Source of the DNA: Mesotaenium endlicherianum
Lineage: Eukaryota
NCBI GenBank assembly: GCA_009602735.1
Contig: WELA01001462.1
Coordinates: forward strand, 505,914-569,913
Direction of reading: 5' to 3'
Length of the DNA: 64,000 bases
The position numbers were made by a program, and so were the translations under genes. The notes below the pieces were generated by a model. It made no database searches. It saw only the letters and a program-made list of their open reading frames with translations, and was not told the DNA's origin. Of the stretch, positions 1-11,481 are shown piece after piece. Every line of letters starts with the position of its first letter. The first letter of the stretch is position 1.

Positions 1-1169
1 TTACTCTGGCGCTTGTGATTGAACTGCTGCTGATCCCAGGCGTCAGCATCCTGGATCAAGTCAACCAGCTTCTCATACTTTTTCTCAGCAACATGACCAG
101 AGACCTCGGATTTCAAGCCATACCTGAAGTATGCTATCCTATACCGTTCTGGCAAATCAGGCTGCTTCATCATGTTCTCTTGGAACTTTTGAGCAAACTC
201 AGCAACTGAAGTGGTCTGCTTCAGCGTCAGGGAGATCATCGCATAGATAGCTTTCTCCTGCTGGTTGATGACATCAAACTTCTCATGCAACTTCTCGACA
301 AACTCTACCCATGTTGGGTCACCGAGTTGCCGAGCCTTACGCTCTTCCGTCCAGTAAAGCCACCAGTCTGCGGCACTGCCTTTCAGTAGCGCACCGGTGT
401 GCCTGACCTTCTCGTAATCTTGCAGTTCTGGGTAGTTCTCCAGCCACTGCTCAACATCCGCGAGAAACTTGATCAGATAATATTTTCTGTTTCCCTCAGG
501 ATCATAGTCCTGAGGAGGTTTCGGCTTGGGCTTACTAGGCCCTCGGCCACCACCACTAGTGGTGTGAGACCCCAGTTGGTCTCTGTCCCGCAGTAGGGAC
601 ATTATGATTCTTTTGTCCTCCTGCTGGGACTGATACATGGTCGTCATTTGCGACTGCATCTGAACGAACAATGCTCCCAAGTCCACATTTTGGGGTGGTA
701 GATTAGCAAATGCAGCAGCAGCATTGGCATCTACTCGCTGAGTAGTGTCCTCAACAATCCCTCTTGCTCCTGCAGCAGCAATTCCTGCCGCATTCAGCCG
801 GTCACGTATTTGACCTAGGGGTACATTGAGTTGTACGGCAGGAGGTGGGTTCAGAACATTGGCCCTTGATGCCATAAGTTCTTCAACAGTGCGCTCGTCA
901 GCTGGCTGTCCTTCCCTCCTTTGTATATCTTCAGCGGCCTTTGCTACTTGTTCAGCTTCTAGTCTGGCTATCTCCTCCTCAGCTTGCTGAGCTGCGACTG
1001 AGGCAATAGCAGCTGCCTCATCTGCAGCCTCCCTAGCTGCAGTATCCGCTACTGCTTCCGAATAGGTACGGTTTCCCGCTACATGGCTTTCCGCCTGGTT
1101 TTCGACATTCTCGTTATCCTGGTTCTCCATGTCTCGGGAGTTGCTAGTTTGAGACCTTGTCCTTACCAT
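1..1169 (-). CDS. gag: Gag of family A copy A0 (5' part; reading frame runs off the window)
   Basis: ATG at 1169 (MVRTRSQTSNSRDMENQ...MASRANVLNPPPAVQLNVPLGQIRDRL...). Matches the gag fragments 33404..33601 and 32861..33322. The family's gag ends in a zinc knuckle (xxxCQQLGHYREQC in the 56639..57262 ORF). Confidence 0.8.
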   Translation of the reverse strand, partial: MVRTRSQTSNSRDMENQDNENVENQAESHVAGNRTYSEAVADTAAREAADEAAAIASVAAQQAEEEIARLEAEQVAKAAEDIQRREGQPADERTVEELMASRANVLNPPPAVQLNVPLGQIRDRLNAAGIAAAGARGIVEDTTQRVDANAAAAFANLPPQNVDLGALFVQMQSQMTTMYQSQQEDKRIIMSLLRDRDQLGSHTTSGGGRGPSKPKPKPPQDYDPEGNRKYYLIKFLADVEQWLENYPELQDYEKVRHTGALLKGSAADWWLYWTEERKARQLGDPTWVEFVEKLHEKFDVINQQEKAIYAMISLTLKQTTSVAEFAQKFQENMMKQPDLPERYRIAYFRYGLKSEVSGHVAEKKYEKLVDLIQDADAWDQQQFNHKRQS

Positions 1170-1190
1170 ACAAAGAAGACTGTGATAACT

Positions 1191-1202
1191 GCTCCGATAC
1201 CA
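1191..1202 (-). promoter_or_regulatory. Primer-binding site (tRNA-iMet)
   Basis: Reverse complement TGGTATCGGAGC, 1 nt inside the LTR end. Confidence 0.9.
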
Positions 1203-1203
1203 C

Positions 1204-1975
1204 TGAAATGAATCGACTTACCAAATAGGCGATTAACAATTAATAAAGATCTTTATATCAGCAAGTAATCTTTATGGTATTTTCCGTTAACTGGTTAAAC
1301 GGCAAAGGACAACACACTAGCAGTGAATAATACTCGTAAGTCAAATGCGAGTAAACTAGCATCAATAATGCAAATCAGTAAACTCATACATAAGCAAGGT
1401 TAGAAGACAGTGCGTATCAATGGCTTCTCGCCTTGGATTCAGATCTCTCTCAGTAAGCTGTACGAGAGAGTTGGCCTCGTTTCCGAATGCCGAACTCGAG
1501 AGCAATGCCTAGCGTATGTACATGGAATGAGTTTACTGTTCAACGGTCAGTGCGATGGCACCGCCTACCCGGGAGTTAACCACGTTGGTAGGACCTCGGT
1601 TAACCAAATCCGCCGCCATCTCCCATCATCCCGAATTGCCATCCATCATAGGGATGTCATTTGGCTATTCATCTAGCATATTGCACTTAGATGCATATCA
1701 AGGCAGTTCGCTGCTACCGAGTACGGAAGTCAGCTGGCTGTCAAAGAATGGGTCAGCAAGCTGACTTATATGGACTTCAGCTTGCTGCTTCCGGCTGAGT
1801 CATTAAACTGATAATTATGTAAAGTCCAGCAGACTGACTATTAAGTAAAGTTCAGCAAACTGACTATTAACTAAAGTCTAGCAAACTGACTAATAACTAA
1901 AGTTCAGCAGGCTGAACTTAATTAACTTTTATATTTAAATGAATATTATATCTACTAATATACTAATTCATTACA
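1204..1975 (-). repeat. LTR, family A
   Basis: Termini TGAAATGAATC...TTCATTACA. Homologous to 4930-5646, 25488-26205, 33636-34251, 48540-49346 and 51630-52348. Confidence 0.93.
1821..1920. repeat. 26-bp tandem repeat x4 in the A0 LTR
   Basis: Units resembling AAAGTTCAGCAAACTGACTATTAACT start at 1821, 1847, 1873 and 1899. Confidence 0.85.
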
Positions 1976-2205
1976 ACGGTTGCAGCACGTCGGCCGAGCC
2001 TGGAGTCCCATGCGCAACTATGGGTGCGGGCTACCTTGGAGGGAGGTGAGTCGACAGGCCCGTCGCCGGGTAAGTGGCTTCAAGGGGGCGGCGGTCGCCG
2101 GTTGTAGAGCGCGTGGGAGGCGACGTGGTGGATTGCAAACCGTCCTTACGGTTGTTTGCCTCGCAATATGGTGGACTGGCTGCCCGGTCACGGCTGCCGC
2201 AGTAG

Positions 2206-2270
2206 GGCGGCGTGACGGACCGGCCGCGACTGTCGCAAGAAGGCGGCGTGACGGACCGGCCGTGTTGCGG
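2206..2270. repeat. 36-bp-period tandem repeat (encodes GRSVTPP units on the minus strand)
   Basis: GGCGGCGTGACGGACCGGCCG at 2206 and 2242. Confidence 0.75.
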
Positions 2271-4221
2271 CGAGGGCGTGAGGCTGCGCTCTCTGCGCAG
2301 AGTGCGCCGGAGCTGCGGCGGGGTGACAGCTTGTAGCTTGCCGCAAAGACCGCGGCCTGGCTCCGGACGTAGGACCGAGCGCACGATAGGCACGGCAGAC
2401 ATCGCAATGCCGTGTGCACACCACGTGGGCCGCCTGAGCGCCAGTGCCGGAGGTAGCGGAGATAGCGGCAAGGAACCTACGGGAGCCGGACCGGACATCA
2501 CCGGTACCTCCGTCGTACAGCAGATGCGTGAGGTTGTGATAGCTGGCATCGGTGGAGCAGTAATGCTTGGGCAGGCACAACGATAGGCCACGCCGGACCG
2601 GGTGAACGCGGGCTGGCTCAACCCAGGCGGGCCGGCGGATGAAGGACGACCAAACCCTGGCAGGCCAGCAGGCCTGTCAAAGCTTGGGGGCCCTGTCAGC
2701 GTGCTGATGCCTGGGGGTCCTGTGGGCCTGCGGCGGACGCGAGCAACGGCCGCGACGGACCGGGCCTGTGACCCGGTTGGCTCCTCGCAGGACTCCTCTG
2801 GCGCGCGCTTGTACAACTTGTCATCTGTCAGCGGGTCGTAGGCAGCCTGGCGCATGGCCTCCTCCTCCAAAGCGGTCGTGCATCGGTTAGAGTCGTCTGT
2901 GTGCATCAACAACAAAGATGGCTCGGACGCCATCTGAAACTGCAGGGCCACTTTGACTGGAACCTCCTGTTGCAGGCGGACGTTGGACGGGGCGTCGGGC
3001 GAGCGAGCCCTCTCGCGCGGAGGCGGCGTCGGGGCGGGCGGTAGGCCCGTGCCTGCAGCAGCGACGAGGAGCTCTTGGGCCCTAGCGACTGCGGCCACTG
3101 TTGTGGCAGCGGCGTTGGCAGCGGCGATTGCTGCTGCTATAATCTGGCGCATCATGGCGTGCTGTGCTGCGCAAATGCGCACAAAATCTTAGGCCTGCGC
3201 TGTCAGCAACTCTGCCTGCTGTTGTGGAGAGAGGTGGAGCGTTGCGCTCGGTAACTCCGGCTCCTCGTCTTGGGGCTGGAGGAGGTCGGCTCCGACGAAA
3301 ACGTCGTCCTCTTTGGAGCCGCCCTTGCGCGTCTGGGTGCGCCGAGCACGTCATCATCGTCGCCAAACGCCATGAAGCCAAGGGCTGCTGACGTGGGTTG
3401 CCGATCCAAGATGTCCAGCGGCAATGAGGCCGTGCGCTTTCCTCTTGTGCGCTTGTTGGGCCAATAGTGTGCGTGCTCCGTCCAATTATCCACCGCAATA
3501 GGGAAGAGCACGTCTTGCCCTTAGAGGACAAAGAAGGTGTCAGAGCGCGTCACAAGCGCGTGACCATGGATCGTCGTCTCATCCTTGGTCCCGAGCCAAA
3601 AGGTGAAGACGAGCGCCAGCCCTGTGCGCCCCGTCACAGACTCGGATGTACCAGCCATAGTGTTGATCCGCATGGGCAAATCCTCCAGGTCGGCTGAGGA
3701 GAGGCCCAGTAGCCGGAGATGGCGGTGACTGATTAGAATTGGTTGTGCGCCGGTGTCAAACATAATGCGCTGAGGGGCTCGCTTGTTGACCACCACGATC
3801 CCTTGCGTGTTATCCAAAAATGCAGCGTTAGGGATGCTGATCAACCTGCGCTCGTGCGGGGGTCGGGCAGGAGCTGAGAGCATCGCCGTAGAAGCTCCTG
3901 CTGTCGGCCTATCCGTGCCCGTGCGGGAACCAAGAGCGCGTGAACGGAGCATCAGCTACGCGGCTGGCCGGGTCGCCCCCAACGTCACGCCGAGCTCAGC
4001 GAAGGACACCGCCCGCATGCGATGCAGTGCAAGCGATAGCACCTCGGCGCTGAGATGCACCGTCATCATCGGAGAGGCGAGTGCGTGCAGTGCTGGCGCG
4101 ACTGGCGCTTTCGGCGGGTCCAGGACGCGAAAGGAGCGAGGCAGACGCGGGGCTTCCTCCGTACCCCGTCCCTGGTCGAGACCGTCGTGCTTGGGTGCGA
4201 CTGCTGCTCGTCGAGCAGCCG

Positions 4222-4724
4222 TGTAGTGATTTGAGTTACTATATATTAGTTTGCATATATTTTAATGTTTTCAAATATATTTGGAGTAGTATTGTGTGGA
4301 GTCAAGTGTGAATGGGTACTCTAGTAACTTGGTTCATGTCCTTTGAACCTTCCAAGGCATTTTCGAAGTTAGAGGAAAGACCTAGAAGAACTCCATGTGG
4401 CAAAAGTCAAATGTGCCATTTTTAGGTCAAAAGGACATGTGTACATTATTCTAGAAAGAGGTGGCAAGTTTTGGGATGTGTTGGGTGCCAACACATCAAC
4501 ATACACTTTCCTAGAAATTACTTATGTAGCAAGTATATAAACAAGAGCTAGAACATAGAAAGACATTCCAAAATCACTCTTGTACTTGCCAAAATCCAGA
4601 AATATATTAACTTTCAAGAAGCCATCTCTCTTTCAAGAAGCTACCACTTGTGTTCAAAGATCCTTGTCTTGAATAGATAAACTATTCTGTTTTACTAAGT
4701 AATTTATCTACCTGTTTCACTACA
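4222..4724 (+). mobile_element. Solo LTR, family B
   Basis: TGTAGTGA...TCACTACA termini. Perfect TSD AGCCG (4217-4221 / 4725-4729). Homologous to LTRs at 36013, 42221, 57388 and 63565. Confidence 0.95.
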
Positions 4725-4929
4725 AGCCGCCACGAGCGTGCGCTCGCGGGACGCCCCGTGAATTGCCGGACCGCTGCCAAGTGGCCGTGTCCGTGCGCAG
4801 CAAACTAGGGCCTCGGACGGCGCCGCTGTCGTCCTGAGTGCAACTGGCGCCGCTGCGGGCGAAGCTGCCGGTTCAGACTCTGAAGGCTGCTCTGGTGCCC
4901 TGTCAAAAGTTGTAATCCAGAAATTGCAA

Positions 4930-5646
4930 TGTAATGAATCGGTATATTGTTTGATATGATATTCATACAAGTATATTAGTTAATCAAGTTCAACCTGCTG
5001 AACTTCAGTCAAGATTAAGTCTGCTGGAATTTTAGTATTAAGCAGTTTAATGACTCAACCGAGAGCAGCAGCTTTAAGTCAACTTAGGTTAGCTTGCCGA
5101 CACATTCTTTGACAGGCAGCTGACTTCCGTATGCGGTAGCAGCAAACTGCCTAGTCATGCACGTAAGTGTGATATGCTAGATGAATGACCAGATGACATC
5201 CTTAGGATGGATGGCGATTTGGGATGGTGGGAGATGGCTGTGGATTTGGTTGGCCGAGGTCCTACTGACGTGGTTAGCTCCCGGGTAGGCGGTGCCATCG
5301 CACTTGCCGTTGAACAGTACACTCATTCCATATACATAGAGAAGGTATTGCTTTTGAGTTTGGCATTCGAAAACAAGGCCAACTCTCTGTACAGATTTTT
5401 GAGAGAACATGTGAATCCAAGGCTGCAAGTCGTTACACGAACTGCTTACTAACCTTGCTTATGTATGAGTTACTGATGGCATGATTGATGCACGTTACTT
5501 GCATTTGACTTATAAGTATTGTTTATCGCTAGTTGTATTGTCTTTTACTGTTTAATCGGTTAACAAAATTTGCCATGAAGATTACTTGCTGATATAAAGA
5601 TCTTTTAATTATTGTTAATCACCTATTAGTAAGTCGATTCATTTGA
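4930..5646 (+). repeat. 5' LTR of copy A1
   Basis: Starts TGTAATGAATC. Reverse-complement homologue of 1204-1975, followed by the PBS. Confidence 0.88.
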
Positions 5647-5849
5647 GTGGTATCAAAGCTGGTTATTGCAGTCTTCTTGTATGGTAAGGACAAGGTCTCA
5701 AGCTAATCTCTCTTGGGAAATGGAGAGTGAGAACAATGATAACATTGAAGAGGGAGAAGGCAAAAGTCGAGTCTTTGGACCCCGCACTTAATTGCAAACG
5801 CTGTATGATGCAGGAAATAGAGAAGCTGCAAAGGAAGCAGCAGCTCTTG

Positions 5850-6760
5850 TGAAATGAATCTTGCTTATTCACAATAAATAAGTATATGAGATCAGAGATA
5901 GGTGGAAGCGTGTGAAATCAGAGAGCGATCTTTGCCCTTATATTGAATTCCGTTTACTCATCTATAACCCTTGACTCACTTACCGTAGTGTGCCACAGTT
6001 GCACACTAATACAAGGCACAAGAAAGAGGCGAGCTTGAGGATTAGAGTTTCTCCTTTAGAAACTCATGGCCTCTTGCCTACCAGGCAAACAAGCATGCAT
6101 GAGCACATACACAACATCAGGGGATTGAATATCAAAGGCGCTCTCATTCAGATGACCATAAAGTAGCTAAAACACATCCCACTGACTTAGGTGCAAAACC
6201 ATGGAATCTGTCCGTTGTGTGACCCCGAAATGACTGAGGGCATAACTCTGTTTATACTACTTCAGATTGAGCAAGCTTAACAACAACGGATGCATCTTGA
6301 GGAGACCTTTCCAGAAAGTTCTAGTTCGCTCCATTTGGAGCGCAGACGAAGCAGCCATGTCAATTTCTGTGAAGGCTGGTCATTAGAACAAACCCAAAAG
6401 TGCACACCTGACTTGCAAGTAGAAATCCGACTGTAACGCCTACTGTCCAGAATGAGGGACCACGAGACCCCAACCTGCTATGTACCTAGTGACCACGTGG
6501 TTGACCACGGCGCAAGGTGCGCCGTTTCGTGGGAAACCCGTTTAGCTGGGACCCATGGATCTAGGTATAACGACCATATTAATTAGTCGGTTGACTGAAG
6601 TCCTAACTGTTCAATTGACTAACGACGGCCCCGCCTACCCAGAAGTTAAATCACACTGGTAGGACATCGGTTCACCGAATCTTAGTCGACCTCCCGACTT
6701 TCAATAAACTACGGTCACATGTGCCAATCTACAAATAATAATCTAAATCGATTCATTACA
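5850..6760 (-). repeat. 3' LTR of element C (about 260 bp shorter than the 5' LTR)
   Basis: TGAAATGAATC...ATTCATTACA. Nearly colinear with 10313-11200. Confidence 0.88.
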
Positions 6761-9700
6761 ATCTCCCCAAGTCAAATTGTTGTCGCCTCGACAACACTCA
6801 GCATACAATTCATTGATTTAATAATACACTTCAGTCAATTAGGGGAAGCAAAGCAAGCAAACAAAACATGAGCGTAATATATTCACCTACCCAATGCAAG
6901 TAAATAATTAATCACAGCAAACTGTTATACAAGCAACCATCTCACTTCACAATCAATAATTGAAGACATGCATGGACTTACCCCTACTCACAGTAATCCT
7001 TCCAGTTGAAAGACACCATAGCGCAGCTCACACCATGCAAACCACACCCAAATTGAACAGCCTCCTTTCGAGGTCAAACAATGAAAGAATGTTATTCAAG
7101 CTTAGCTTATTAAACTAAGCCTTTTCTCCTTCTCTTGGTCTTCAACTCCTGCCGTGCTCACACCTTGAAAGCTCCCCACAAGCAATTTCTTGTGACTTAG
7201 ATACCTGCTCAAAATTCAGCGAACTGAAGAAAAAGAGAGACCAACTAGTTTGATGGCATTGAATGCCCTTACAAGATGAGTAGCATCAGGTTAATGAGAC
7301 CAAGAAAAAGTCAAATTTTAACCATATTCATAGAACACACTAAGTTCAAAGAAACATATGGTTTTGAGCAATATGCTGGTCACCTCAAGCAGTTCCCTGA
7401 TGTGCCATGCATCATTGCTACCCAATCCAACTTATGGCAATGTACTTACTTAGTTAGTACGTACACTTGCTCCAGCAGTGTACTGCAACTCACAATTTAC
7501 ACCAATCAGTCACTAATGCTCCTGATAATAGTGCAGTACATACATAGGATGTGGCAGTGTATGACTCAGTTAGTACATACACTTGCTCTTGAGTATGCAG
7601 GTAAGCACAGCTTACTGAATACTCCTAATACACATCCCATCCCTTTCCCCAACTCGAATAGCTGTCGACTCGACAGCTCTAACCACATAAGAACACCAAG
7701 AAGTGCCTACAACTCCGCATCAAAAGAACCACACAGAGTGACAGTCACAGAGGATTGCGGCGAAACGAGTGGGTGGAGAAGAATCAACAAAGGAAAACCA
7801 AGAGAGGACACAGAGTGCAAACATCCAAGTAAGCCAAAAAGAAAGTCCTTCCCCCTCCAAAAAAACAGTCCATTCTTAAGGATTAGAGCAAGCCCAGAGT
7901 GGCATAGGGAAGAGTGTACTGCCATTCAGACCCTCTCACCATAAAGCTCTATCCATGAATAACCCAAACTGAAGCCAGCGTTTTACACCCCTCCATTAAG
8001 GAGTGTAGATAGCTTGCTATGAGATAAAAACAACCGGCCCCATTAGCAAGTTCCTCCAATACCAAAGAGTAGCCCAGTTAGTGAGAGTCAGCAATCCAAG
8101 TGAAAGGGGAACAGAGACAACCAACTGTATCATAGTTCTGATGTTTCAGGATACTCCCTCCTTCAGGCCTTACTACCTGAAGTTGCCCAAAGGACAGGTG
8201 GGGAAGCGTCACGTGGCAGCGTCCAGCATGCCAACTCCTTGGCCTCTCTCGACCTGTATGTCACCATTGCTTCACACTCTGCTTGCTGGTCTCAGTCTGT
8301 CAAACAGACAACAAGCAAGTGTGTAAGTTGCCTTCCATGAGCCTAGCTGCGCGTGGTAAACACCACACCCTAGCTGCATCATTCTACTCAATTTCTGATG
8401 ACTCCATCTTACATAGTTTCCGGGAGGGCGAGGCAAACATTGTGATCACATAAACTCAACCAATGACAATGGGCAAACTCAGTATAGCTCAAAACTGAGT
8501 TCTTGTCTGGAGGCACATACATGGCACCTATTCCAATTGCAGCAAGCACTTAGCAAGCCAATAACAACAGCGTGCATAATTCATTGGTAAGACTTTCGCC
8601 CTATAACCCCAAGCTAGCAAGAAGAATGTTTGTGCATCAGACTGAATAAGATCATTCAAGCTATGCATTGCGAGAACGTCTATAATGTCGATGGTCTCTT
8701 CTGTCTCTACTTAGGTGTGCATAGTGAATCTATTACGGCACGGCCCACTTTACACCTGCTCTACGGTATTCTAACGGCGATCCACTACTTCTAGCACCCG
8801 GGATGCAAATTCCATGCACCTGACGCATATATCAATGCACCTTGCATGCTACCTAGCAAGCGCCTCTAGCAAACTCAATTAGCTGCGAGGCCGGCAGAAA
8901 CTTAGCACACTGCTAATTTGCCCAGATCGTCCCTATGACAAAGGTACATACCTCCTTACACTTGACCAAGTGTACAGGTGGCATCCAAGAACATATAGCC
9001 AACTGGACCTAAGGCAAGTAGTCAAACCCCCTCTAGTATCCACGTTGACTTCGCATACAGCAGTCAACACATCGTACAGACCCAAGTCTTGATATGTTGA
9101 ACGATCTGAATCCCTCGCTGGCTCCAACAAGCCATAATCCCATAATAAGATATGCCAAGCACCAAGCATGGCAACACCCAGAGCTCATTCAACTCAAGCA
9201 CTCAAAGTACTCATTGACCGCGGCTGCTCTCGAACACTTAACGTTTAATAAGCCATGCAACATAAAAAAAAAGAGTCAAAAGAAAGCCCTTGCGTTTATA
9301 AACCCAAGCCCTTAACCCCTTTAACCACATTAGGTCAAATAATCCAGCAGAGTAACTTAACCTCATTCAGCAATCACATAAGACCCATATCCATAAACTT
9401 CAGCACATTGACTAAACCCATGTTAAGCTTAAACCCCAAGCTTCTACGATCCTATCAAGTACCACAAAAGCACCGTCTCACACACAGTATTCAAGCACAA
9501 GGCACATACCCTAAACCCTCCAAGAACATATCAATGTGGCAAATGAAAGAAGCACACAATGTCACAACCACGGTTGGGAGTAGGGGGTATCTGTGGGATG
9601 CCATTGTTGCTGCCGAAGCCTCTTCACATAGAAGTTGCAGCATGCTGAAGCTTGTGGACGACGTAGTGCACTTGGACCGTGGCGAGGATAATCTGTTGTC

Positions 9701-10312
9701 AATCCATACTTGGAAACTTAAGTTAGTAAATCATGTGTGCACGTACTGTCTCAGTTTCTCAGCACATGCAGCCACACTCAAGCTCCCTCATTCTAACTAC
9801 CACACATATAATGAGAGAGAAACGTCTTATACAAAGCAACAAGATTAACCCCTAAGGGATAGCGCAACGGACTAACAAGTCCTCAAGCACAGCTGGAGTA
9901 CACGTCCCTCTCTATACCAGCCGTGGATTGCATATAACAACACACAACGACTATGATCAAGTGAGGTAAATGAGTCATATCCAGCTTGCTAGGATGCAAC
10001 TCCCTTGAGGCTGCCCTTGATGCTTGCAGACACCTCTTCCATCAAGCCTCCACTTTAGGCTTCTCATTGCGTGGATCTGTACACAAGAGGCTAGGAAAGT
10101 CAAGTTAGTATGCCGCATAATACATTGGCCCAAGAGACACACTAGGTGAGCAAGTGGAAGGATCCTGGATAGGATGTGCAATGCTCTACGTCATACACCT
10201 CCCAAGCTCCACCTAGACTCAGCATACCAGACAAGAAAGCCTCACACAATTACCTCATGAGACAAAAAAGACAACCACGGACATTCAAGAAAGGACTTGG
10301 CTCCGATACTAC

Positions 10313-11481
10313 TGAATCGAATCTTGCTTATTCAAGATAAATATATTTCATTTAAGATCAGAGATAGGTGGAAGCATGTGAAACCAAGGAGCAATCTTCG
10401 CCCTTATAATGAATTCCGTTTACTCATCCATAACCCTTGACTCACTTATCGTAGTGTGCCATAGTTGCACACTAATACAAGGCACAAGAAAGAGGCGAGC
10501 TTGAAGATAAGAGTTTCTCCTTTAGAAACTCATGGCCTCTTGCCTACCAAGCAAACAAGCATGTACAAGCTCATACACAACATCAAGGGACTGAATAGCA
10601 AAGGCGCTCTCATTCAGATGACCATAAAGTAGCTAAAACACATCCCACTAACTTAGGTGCAAAACCATGGAATCTGTCCGTTGTGTGACCCCGAAATGTC
10701 TGAGGGCATAAATCTGTTATACTACTTCAGGGTGAGCAAACTTAACAACAACGGATGCATCTTGAGGAGACCTTTCCAAAAAGTTCTAGTTCGCTCCATT
10801 TGGAGCGCAGACGAAGTAGCCATGTCAATTTTCGTGAAGGTTGGTCATTAGAACGAACCCAAAAGTGCACACATGACTTGCAAGTAGAAATCCGACTGTA
10901 AAGCCTACTGTCCAGAATGAGGGACCACAAGATCCCAACCTGCTATGTACCTAGTGACCTCTTGGTTGACCACGGTGCAAGGTGCGCCGTTTCGTGGGAA
11001 ACCCGTTTAGCTGGGACCTATGGATCTAGGTATAACGACCATATTAATTGGTTGGTTGACTGAAGTCCTAACTGTTCAGTTGACTGACGACGGCTCGGCC
11101 TACCCAGGAATTAACCACACTGGTAGGACATCGGTTCACCAAATCTCAATCGACCTCACGACTTTCAGTACACTACGGTCACATGTGCTAATCTACAAAT
11201 AATCATTTAAATGAATATATCTATCCTCAGCGTACTGAAGGTAAGTATACTGACTAATATTAAACGAGCTTATATGTAACTGATATATAAATCTCAGCAA
11301 ACTTCACTATGATACAAAAGTCATCCTGCTGACCTTTTTGACAAAGTAAGTGAAATCGCATTACATCGACATACATTCATTTAGATGAACTCGCACATGT
11401 GAGTATATTGACATAATACTTAATTAGTGTTGTATTCATATATGCAATTGATTAAATAAATTAATGAACTGATTCATTACA
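10313..11481 (-). repeat. 5' LTR of element C
   Basis: Adjacent to the PBS. Ends GATTCATTACA at 11481. Confidence 0.88.

Larger units (their letters stand above)
1..1975 (-). mobile_element. Ty3/gypsy family A, copy A0 (5' LTR, PBS and 5' part of gag; continues off the window start)
   Basis: LTR at 1204-1975, tRNA-iMet PBS at 1191-1202, and gag homologous to copies at 32.2-33.6 kb and 56.6-57.4 kb. Confidence 0.92.
1976..4910 (-). pseudogene. GC-rich retroelement relic with an atypical retropepsin-like protease, interrupted by a family-B solo LTR
   Basis: Sharp GC increase relative to the flanks. ORF 3521..3952 contains LDNTQGIVVVNKRAPQRIMFDTGAQPILIS (DTG motif) and continues past a stop into ORF 3203..3511. 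Downstream sequence is low-complexity Pro/Ala/Arg. Confidence 0.6.
5850..11481 (-). mobile_element. Non-autonomous LTR element C (LARD-like) inserted in A1 gag
   Basis: Direct LTRs at 5850-6760 and 10313-11481. PBS-like GCTCCGATAC at 10300-10309. PPT-like TTGGGGAGAT (rc of 6761-6770). TSD TCTTG/TTTTG. No gag or pol motifs in the 3.5-kb interior. Confidence 0.85.

Noticed and set aside
1410..1764. Short ORFs recurring in A LTRs (MAPPTRELTT..., MRINGFSP...)
   Set aside because: They recur only because the LTR is repeated; starts and stops vary between copies.
1821..1920. CRISPR-like array
   Set aside because: Head-to-tail repeats with no unique spacers, inside a eukaryotic LTR, and no cas genes.
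2031..3182. 383-aa ORF as a real gene
   Set aside because: GC-rich low-complexity DNA with long ORFs in many frames and no recognisable domain. Folded into the GC-rich relic.
7276..7944. 222-aa plus-strand ORF in element C (also 9255..9848)
   Set aside because: Composition reflects the A/C strand skew, it is antisense to the element, and it has no motifs.
9300..9520. Telomere-like (C)CCTAAACCC / TTAACCC motifs
   Set aside because: Scattered and imperfect rather than a tandem array; likely compositional or telo-box-like.
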